Positions 57,429-64,000 of a stretch of DNA of 64,000 bases are shown in pieces (within the stretch, counting starts at the first letter, position 1; every line of letters begins with the position of its first letter). Source of the DNA: Pirellulales bacterium (lineage in GTDB: Bacteria; Planctomycetota; Planctomycetia; Pirellulales; JAICIG01); the NCBI GenBank assembly GCA_040901675.1, contig JBBDYJ010000028.1, forward strand, positions 35,336 to 99,335, written 5' to 3'. Position numbers and translations under genes: made by a program. The notes beneath the pieces are model-generated. The model worked only from the letters and a program-made list of their open reading frames with translations, was not told the DNA's origin and ran no database searches.

Positions 57429-58772
57429 CTACTCACGTTCTTCCACGGCCGACTTGCCGGGCTGGAGGAACAGCCAGCAAAAGGCGCCGATCGCCAGAAC
57501 CGCGGCATAGACGTAGAAGATCAGGTCCCACTGCGCTCGCCCGGCGTAGCCCAAGCTCTCGCGCCAGTCGGCCACTGCTCCGGGCAAATACTGCGAGAGC
57601 ATCGCGCCCGGCACCCCCATCGAATTCATCAGTCCAAACAGCGCGCCCAGGTGGCGCCCGCTGATTTGAGTAACGACGGCCCACCAGGTCGCCTGCTGCG
57701 ACAGGAAGCACATGCAGCCCGCCCCCGTACACAAGGCCGACCCGAAGGGCCAATCCACGTGGATGCTGGCCAGCATCAAGACCGCTGCAATGAGCATCAC
57801 AACGCAACCATAGAGGCGTTGGGCGCGGGCACGGTTGCGGCTGTGGCGGACGATCCAGTTGGCGAAAAATCCGCCGCCGATCGTGCCGATGGCGCCGCCA
57901 ACCAGCGGCAGCGACGAGGCGAAGCCGGAGGCGATCTCGCCCAGCTCCCGCCCCTCCTTCATGTACGTCGGGTACCAGGAGAAAAACAAATAGGCCGCGA
58001 AGGCGCCGCAACTCTGGATTGTGCCCAGCAACCAGACGTTCCGGCTGGTCAGCACCAGCCGCCATGGAACGCGGCGATGTTCTTCGCCGGCCGACCGTGG
58101 CTCGGTTCCCCGGGCTATGTAGAGCCGCTCGGCCTGGTTGACCGCGGGGTGTTCGGCCGGTGCGTCGCGAAACCAATAGTAGAAGGCGGCGGCCCATACC
58201 ACTCCCACGCTGCCAAACCAGACAAATGTCCAGCGCCAACCCACCAACTCGATCAGATAGGCGGCCAGGGGTGGTGAGACGGCGCCTCCAACCAGGGCGC
58301 ACGTGAGCACCACGCCTTGCGCTATGCCTCGTTCGTGGTCGGGAAACCAGCGGGCCAGCACGCGGGCCGTATTGGGATAGGCGCCGGCCTCGCCGGCCCC
58401 GAACAAAAAGCGGATAACGACCAGCGTGGTCAGGCCGGTGGCGGCGCCGGTGAGCGCGGTGAAGGCCGACCACCAGAGCACGATCCGCGTGAGCACGCCG
58501 CGCGAGCCGTAACGGTCACCCCAATGGCCCGTCGGCACTTCGAACAAGCCATAGGCCACCGTAAAGGCCATCAACACGAATCCCATTTCTTCCCTGGTCA
58601 GGTCGAGATCGGCCCGGATGGAGTTGACGGCCTGGCCGATGCAGATCCGATCGAGGTACAAGACGAAGGCCAGGCAGCCCATGAAGGCGAGCACCACGTA
58701 GCGGACGCTGCTGGCCGGCTCGGCAGGGGCGGGATCATGCCGAATCGTAGTGGAATCGTCGAGCTGGGTCAC
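57429..58772 (-). CDS. MFS transporter, anion:cation symporter-like (sugar acid)
   Basis: YLDRICI, GHWGDRYGSR, RFLFGAGEAGAYP, GLMNSMG; start uncertain. Confidence 0.88.
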   Translation of the reverse strand: MTQLDDSTTIRHDPAPAEPASSVRYVVLAFMGCLAFVLYLDRICIGQAVNSIRADLDLTREEMGFVLMAFTVAYGLFEVPTGHWGDRYGSRGVLTRIVLWWSAFTALTGAATGLTTLVVIRFLFGAGEAGAYPNTARVLARWFPDHERGIAQGVVLTCALVGGAVSPPLAAYLIELVGWRWTFVWFGSVGVVWAAAFYYWFRDAPAEHPAVNQAERLYIARGTEPRSAGEEHRRVPWRLVLTSRNVWLLGTIQSCGAFAAYLFFSWYPTYMKEGRELGEIASGFASSLPLVGGAIGTIGGGFFANWIVRHSRNRARAQRLYGCVVMLIAAVLMLASIHVDWPFGSALCTGAGCMCFLSQQATWWAVVTQISGRHLGALFGLMNSMGVPGAMLSQYLPGAVADWRESLGYAGRAQWDLIFYVYAAVLAIGAFCWLFLQPGKSAVEERE

Positions 58773-58915
58773 AGGGCGAAGTCTAAGTGGCTCACCCGCC
58801 GGACGCAAGCACGACACGGAAGCGATGCGCCTCGGACGCGGCATCGCCGCAAGGCTGCTATACTAGCGCGGCCCGTTGCGCCAAATGCAAACGGACAAGA
58901 GCCGGAGCTTCACCG

Positions 58916-59242
58916 ATGCAATTCTCGCACATCGGGCTCATCAGCGATCGACCGCGGCCGGGTGAAGTGTTCGTCGAGGCCACGCGGGTCTGGATCACCG
59001 ATTTCGTCCAGCACCCTTTTCACGTCGAGTGGCTGCGGTTCGAGCCTGACAGCCCGGTGACGGGGCCGGTGCGGACACAGCCGCACGTGGCCTACCGGGT
59101 CGATTCGATTGCCGCCGCCAGCCGCGGGCTGGCCGTCTTGATCGAGCCGTTCGAGCCGCTGGCCGGGCTGCGCGTGGGCTTCTACCAGTCGAACGACGGG
59201 GCAGTGATCGAGTTCATGGAGTACCAGACAGCACCGTTTTAA
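58916..59242 (+). CDS. Hypothetical VOC-like protein
   Basis: FSHIGL...PHVAYRVD...GAVIEFM. Confidence 0.7.
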   Translation: MQFSHIGLISDRPRPGEVFVEATRVWITDFVQHPFHVEWLRFEPDSPVTGPVRTQPHVAYRVDSIAAASRGLAVLIEPFEPLAGLRVGFYQSNDGAVIEFMEYQTAPF

Positions 59243-59372
59243 GCGTCTTGCCATGTGGCCGTTAATCCGCCCGGACGGTTTGCGGTCGTATGATCAGTGG
59301 GGCCGGCGGCCGCGGCCGGCGAACCGCGCCGCGCTGCCGCGCGCGTTCGGGATGAGACACGCGAGGGCGAGA

Positions 59373-60167
59373 ATGACTCTGGTTGCCTGCCCATCCGATC
59401 GTCCAGCGACTGCCCGCCGGCCGGCCAGTTCACCGGCCGGGTTTCACCGCTGGAGCAACCTGCTGTTTGTCCATTGGACGATCGCCCCCAGCGAAGTGGC
59501 ACACCTGTTGCCCGAGGGCCTGTCGCTCGATACGTGGCAAGGCGAGGCATGGGTCGGGCTGGTGCTGTTTCACATGTCGGGTGTGCGTCCCCGGTTCTTC
59601 CCGCCGGTGCCCGGCATCTCGACGTTCCATGAGACCAACGTGCGGACCTATGTCCGCTATCCCGACCGTGAGCCGGGCGTATGGTTCTTCAGTCTCGATG
59701 CCGCGAGCCGGCTGGCGGTGCGGATCGCCCGCTGGCGATGGGGCCTGAACTACCACCTGGCGCGGATGCAGATCGAGCGAAAGGCCGGCCATGTTCGTTA
59801 TTCCAGCACGCGGCAGGCGGCCAGCGGCGCAGGCCCCGGCGCGCTGGTCGAGGCCTCGCTGGGCGGCCTGCTCGGCGACGAGGTGCCCCAGCGCGAACTC
59901 CCAGCCGGATACGCCTTGCCCGGCACGCTGGAGCACTTTCTGCTGGAGCGGTATGTCTTGTACACCTCGCGGGCGGGACGCTTGCTCAAGGCACGAGTCC
60001 ACCATCCGCCCTACTCGATCCGCGAAGCCCGCGTGCTGACGATCGAGCAGTCGCTCGTCGAGTCGAACCGGATCCATCCAACCGGCCCCGTTCGCCACGC
60101 GGCCTTTTGCGAAACGGTCGACGTGGAAATCTTTGGGCTGGTTGGGGCCGAGGCCCCGGCATGGTAA
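59373..60167 (+). CDS. DUF2071/YqjF family protein
   Basis: WSNLLFVHW, ETNVRTYV, GVWFFSLDA, FLLERY. Confidence 0.88.
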   Translation: MTLVACPSDRPATARRPASSPAGFHRWSNLLFVHWTIAPSEVAHLLPEGLSLDTWQGEAWVGLVLFHMSGVRPRFFPPVPGISTFHETNVRTYVRYPDREPGVWFFSLDAASRLAVRIARWRWGLNYHLARMQIERKAGHVRYSSTRQAASGAGPGALVEASLGGLLGDEVPQRELPAGYALPGTLEHFLLERYVLYTSRAGRLLKARVHHPPYSIREARVLTIEQSLVESNRIHPTGPVRHAAFCETVDVEIFGLVGAEAPAW

Positions 60168-60250
60168 GAATGGGCTCGTGGTGACCGGATTTAGCCGGTC
60201 GGACCAACGCGGTTGCTCAGCCATGATTCCGTTTCGCCGAGAGACCCGCC

Positions 60251-61243
60251 ATGAAACAGGTGCGTTGGGGCGTGTTGGGCGTGGCCAACATCGCCGTCCA
60301 GAAAGTGATTCCCGCCATGCAGCGGGCCGAGAGCTGCCAAGTGGTCGGCATTGCCTCGCGCTCGCTCGATAAGGCGCGCGCTGCCGCCTCGCGGCTGGGG
60401 TTGCCCAAGGCGTATGGCTCGTACGAGGAGCTGCTCGCGGACGGCGAGATCGATGCCGTTTATAACCCGCTGCCCAATCACTTGCACGTGCCCTGGTCGA
60501 TCCGCTGCCTGGAAGCCGGCAAGCACGTGCTGTGCGAAAAGCCGATTGCGCTGGCGAGCGCCGAGGCCCTGACGCTGGCGGCGGCCGGCCAGGCCCACCC
60601 GCGGCTCAAGCTGATGGAGGCCTTCATGTATCGCCACCATCCGCAATGGGTCACGGCGAAGCGACTGGTCGACGAGGGAGGCCTGGGCCGGCTGCGGACG
60701 ATCCAGACCTTCTTCTCGTACTTCAACCGCAACCCGGACGACGTGCGCAACCAGGCCGATATCGGCGGCGGCGGGCTGATGGACATCGGCTGCTACCCGG
60801 TCTCGCTCTCGCGGTTCTTGTTCGCGGACGAGCCGCGGCGGGTGTGCGCCATCGTCGAGTACGACCCGGACTTCCAAACCGACCGCCTGGCTTCGGCCAT
60901 ACTGGACTTCGGCGCCGGCACGGCCACGTTCACTTCGAGCACGCAGCTTTGTCCCTACCAGCGCGTGAACATCTTCGGCACCGAGGGCCGCGTGGAGATC
61001 GAAATCCCTTTCAACGCGCCTCCGGATCGGCCTTGCCGCATTTGGCACGAGAGGCATTCAGCCATCGAGGAGATCGAGCTGCCGATCTGCGACCAGTACG
61101 CGATCCAGGGAGAGCTGTTCTCCCGCGCGGTGCTCGACGACACTCCCGTCCCGACACCCATCGGCGACGCGGTCGCCAACATGCGGGTGATCGAGGCGCT
61201 CAGGCGGTCGGGACAAACGGGCCGCTGGGAGAAAGCCGAGTAG
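60251..61243 (+). CDS. Gfo/Idh/MocA family oxidoreductase
   Basis: VRWGVLG, AGKHVLCEKP, GGGGLMDIGCY. Confidence 0.93.
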   Translation: MKQVRWGVLGVANIAVQKVIPAMQRAESCQVVGIASRSLDKARAAASRLGLPKAYGSYEELLADGEIDAVYNPLPNHLHVPWSIRCLEAGKHVLCEKPIALASAEALTLAAAGQAHPRLKLMEAFMYRHHPQWVTAKRLVDEGGLGRLRTIQTFFSYFNRNPDDVRNQADIGGGGLMDIGCYPVSLSRFLFADEPRRVCAIVEYDPDFQTDRLASAILDFGAGTATFTSSTQLCPYQRVNIFGTEGRVEIEIPFNAPPDRPCRIWHERHSAIEEIELPICDQYAIQGELFSRAVLDDTPVPTPIGDAVANMRVIEALRRSGQTGRWEKAE

Positions 61244-61255
61244 CTCGATATCGGG

Positions 61256-61446
61256 GTAGCCGGAGAGCGCCAGAATTCGGGCCGCTCTGCAGTTCACCAG
61301 AACTCTGGCGAGTTCTGCTACCTGCTTCACGAGAACTCTGGCGAGTCCTGCTACAATTTCCAAGACCCCATAAATGGGGTCACTACAAACCCTTCACCAG
61401 AACTCTGGCGAGTTCTGCTACCTCCGCTTCTGGCGAGTCCTGCTAC
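61256..61446. repeat. GTAG-type REP family B cluster
   Basis: Four (AGAACT)CTGGCGAGT(T/C)CTGCTAC units plus GACCCCATAAATGGGGTCACTAC. Confidence 0.88.
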
Positions 61447-61467
61447 ACCCGAGGCTACGGTTCCACC

Positions 61468-62820
61468 TTATGCGGCACGCCGCAGCGGGGCCTGCGGTGG
61501 CGATGGCCGTGTTGGCGTGGAGAGAAGCTGCGCCGCGCGGGCCGCTTGTGCTCGCGAGGCGAGCCCGATCGCCAGGAGCCCGAGAAACGACAGCGTCGCC
61601 AGGTGGTAGCTGTGCAGCAGCAGCGTGAGATCGCGGCCTATCAGCCCGCGATTGAGCACCAGGTTTACGAGCACGTAGAAGCCGAGCACCGCCTGCGCCC
61701 AGGCTGGCGGCCGTCGCAGCGCCACGGCCGCGCGCGACACGAGGTACAGCAGGGGCAACAGGGCCACGCAGTGCTGCCCCCAGGTGATGGGAGACAACAG
61801 CAAGGCCAGCACCGAGACGCACGCGCATTCCCAGACAACCGCCAAATCGTGCCGCCGCTCAACCGGCTGCCGGAACGTCCAGGCGACGCCGGCCAGCAGC
61901 AACAACAGAGCGCCTTTGCAGATGTTGGCTGCCACCGCCGGCGGGACGTCCAGGAAGTCGGCGTACCAAGGGTGGTCTGGGCGCCCCAGGTGTCCCGCCG
62001 GAAGCCGCATCAGGTAGCGGGCGATTGCCGGCCGCAGCGAAAGGTTCTGCACCGGCTCGTCTCCCAGGGCGCCGAGCGAAGGGTCGTGATTGCCCGCGCT
62101 GAGCCGGACGTTCGCCAGCCAAAGCTGCATGTGCTGGGCGTACAGGCCCCCGCCCTGCCACAGCGCGGGAGCCAAGGTGAAGGCGCCGGCGGCGGCCATT
62201 GTCGTCGCCACCATCTTCCACTGCCGCTTCCAGGCGAACCAGGCCAACATCAGCGCCGGCGTACACTTCAGCGCGATCGCAAACCCCAGGCAGGCGCCTC
62301 CCATCACCTCGCGCCGCTGGCTCCAGCCATACACGGCCAGCCACGACAGGGCCAAGAGCGCAAGGTTCGGCCCGCACTCCGGCAGCTCGCGGACCAGAAA
62401 ACGTGCGGCCAGCGCCAGCGCGATCACGGTGGTCCAGAACAAGGGCTCGCGCTCCAACGGCAAGTGACGCCGCGTGAGCCGGTGGAGCACGAACAATAGG
62501 ACGGCCAGCGACGCCAGGCTGACGGGATAGAGCAATGTCTTGGCTGCCGGCAGCGGCAAGGCCGCCGTCGGCGACCAGGCCATGCCCCAGAACGGCGGAT
62601 AGGGGATGTCGAGCCCTTCGGCATACATCATCTGTCCGGCCACGAACCGCCCGGCAAACTTCCAGTGCAGAAAGAAATCGCCGTCGTGCGGCTTGCGAGC
62701 CGCCCTGGTCCATTGCACGACGACAATCGCCACGGCGATGCCGATGACTACCCGCCGCCAAACGTGCCGCCGGTCGACAAACCAACGTTTCCAGGCGCCT
62801 TCCTGCTCGGACGTGTTCAT
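61468..62820 (-). CDS. GT87/DUF2029 family membrane glycosyltransferase
   Basis: GDF, YPPF, AIALKCTP, NLSL, SPITWGQH. Confidence 0.85.
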   Translation of the reverse strand: MNTSEQEGAWKRWFVDRRHVWRRVVIGIAVAIVVVQWTRAARKPHDGDFFLHWKFAGRFVAGQMMYAEGLDIPYPPFWGMAWSPTAALPLPAAKTLLYPVSLASLAVLLFVLHRLTRRHLPLEREPLFWTTVIALALAARFLVRELPECGPNLALLALSWLAVYGWSQRREVMGGACLGFAIALKCTPALMLAWFAWKRQWKMVATTMAAAGAFTLAPALWQGGGLYAQHMQLWLANVRLSAGNHDPSLGALGDEPVQNLSLRPAIARYLMRLPAGHLGRPDHPWYADFLDVPPAVAANICKGALLLLLAGVAWTFRQPVERRHDLAVVWECACVSVLALLLSPITWGQHCVALLPLLYLVSRAAVALRRPPAWAQAVLGFYVLVNLVLNRGLIGRDLTLLLHSYHLATLSFLGLLAIGLASRAQAARAAQLLSTPTRPSPPQAPLRRAA

Positions 62821-64000
62821 TGCCGGCTCCCGCTGGGCGCGTGGGCCTGCCGGTGCCCGGCGCCGGCCGCGCCGGCAGTTCGGTTCGACAGATCGTAAAT
62901 CAAGAACGTCGTCGTCCGCGCTACCGGCTGCTGTGCTCTGAGGAACTCGACAGCTTTCGCCTGGTTGGCGGCGGCCTCGCGCGTCGTTGTGCCATACAAA
63001 AGCGTCGTGCCCACGGCCAGATAGTCGGACTCGACAAACGCCAGCACGTCGGCCGGTCGATCGAGCGGCAGCACGTGCAGCGGCAGGTGGCGAAGTGGCG
63101 GATTGCCGATGGCCGGGTCGGTGCCGAAATACCAAACGTCCAGTTGGGCGAGTCCCCTGCTCTTGCGCCAACCGTCCAGCTCTTTGACCCCCTGGCCCCA
63201 GTCGTAATTCGAATCGCTCAAGAGCAGGTAACCGTTCGCCGGGCCGCCCCAAAGCTCGTTCACGTAGCACAGGCCGTGCGGCCACACGCTGCCGGCCGAC
63301 ATGGCTGCCCAAAGGATGGCCCCGGCGGCCCAGGCCCCGGCCAGGCCGCGCCGCCAGGCAGGGTGTGCAGTTCGGGCCGCCTTGACCAGGGCAGCGGATA
63401 AACCAACGATCAACAGCACGACCAGCGGCAGCACAAGCCTGATGCCGATCTGCACTCGGCAGTTGACGCTGAACAGCAATAAGGCCGCGGCCGCCGCCAG
63501 GGCCCAGTTGGCCAACGCCCGCCGCCGCGCGAGCAGGACGACCAACGGCGCCGCCAACAAGGCCAACGTCAACTTGATCGATAGGGCCAGGGGAAAGTAG
63601 TACCAGACTGCCTTGGGGTGCACGTGGCCTAGCAGGAAAGCGCCGTGATGGCCCTTCATGTTGTGCTTGATCTGCCGGACCAGGCCTTCGCCCGCGTTGC
63701 TAAAGACGCAGAGGTGCTCGGCCACCCAGACCATGGCGGTTTTTTGCGGCGACTGCGGCAGTTCATGGGCCCACTCGACAAACGATGGCTGCGGCTGCCA
63801 ATCGCACCCGCAGTAGACGAACACGAGCACGAAGCCGATTGCCAGCAACTGCTTCAAGTCGCGCCAAAAGGGACGCAACTGTTCCCATAGCGATGAGCCC
63901 AACAGGCGCCACCGGGCGGCGGCGCTTTGCGAGTGGCCACCGGCGGGCGGCGCGGTGAGCGCTCCGGCGCGCAGCAGTCGTTCGACCTCTATCGCCAGCA
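62817..64000 (-). CDS. GT39/ArnT-like membrane glycosyltransferase, 5' end beyond window
   Basis: Frame open to window edge; WYYFPLALSIK, QIGIRL, LSDSNYDWGQ. Confidence 0.8.
   Translation of the reverse strand, partial: LAIEVERLLRAGALTAPPAGGHSQSAAARWRLLGSSLWEQLRPFWRDLKQLLAIGFVLVFVYCGCDWQPQPSFVEWAHELPQSPQKTAMVWVAEHLCVFSNAGEGLVRQIKHNMKGHHGAFLLGHVHPKAVWYYFPLALSIKLTLALLAAPLVVLLARRRALANWALAAAAALLLFSVNCRVQIGIRLVLPLVVLLIVGLSAALVKAARTAHPAWRRGLAGAWAAGAILWAAMSAGSVWPHGLCYVNELWGGPANGYLLLSDSNYDWGQGVKELDGWRKSRGLAQLDVWYFGTDPAIGNPPLRHLPLHVLPLDRPADVLAFVESDYLAVGTTLLYGTTTREAAANQAKAVEFLRAQQPVARTTTFLIYDLSNRTAGAAGAGHRQAHAPSGSRQ

Noticed and set aside
61256..61446. Possible CRISPR array
   Set aside because: Repeats are degenerate, irregularly spaced, GTAG-tailed palindromes with very short spacers and no cas genes; they fit REPs

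Overview
GC-rich bacterial chromosome segment, very likely Planctomycetota (PSD1/planctomycete cytochrome c gene beside DUF1501, DUF1080, an 'FERLERREVLAS' extracellular N-terminal motif, BlaI/M56 pair). The left part (1-18.1 kb) is mostly housekeeping (trpF, ahcY, DUF1015, two parS sites, parA-parB). It also holds a Tat-exported xanthine-dehydrogenase-family molybdoenzyme operon in which the ligands of two Fe-S clusters have been replaced, followed by a small Cys-rich gene, and a HEPN + BolA-like gene pair. A tRNA-Pro(TGG) at 18874-18948 starts an accessory region of about 24 kb. Two degenerate copies of the tRNA 3' end (24941-24973, 27593-27625) delimit tandem islands. Island 1 holds a decayed type I RM locus and an intact Gabija-like OLD nuclease + UvrD helicase + extra PD-(D/E)XK gene. 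Island 2 holds integrase-less integron cassettes with attC sites. Beyond these lie BlaI/M56, several TA modules and many gene fragments. The right part holds PEP-CTERM/surface proteins, an S9 peptidase, DUF1501/PSD1, a PIN TA module between ~205-bp direct repeats, uronate-related genes and glycosyltransferases. Intergenic DNA carries at least two REP families, heptamer tracts and a 24-bp element seen absent, single and self-nested at the same REP position. All family assignments come from motif recognition by eye; no database searches were run.
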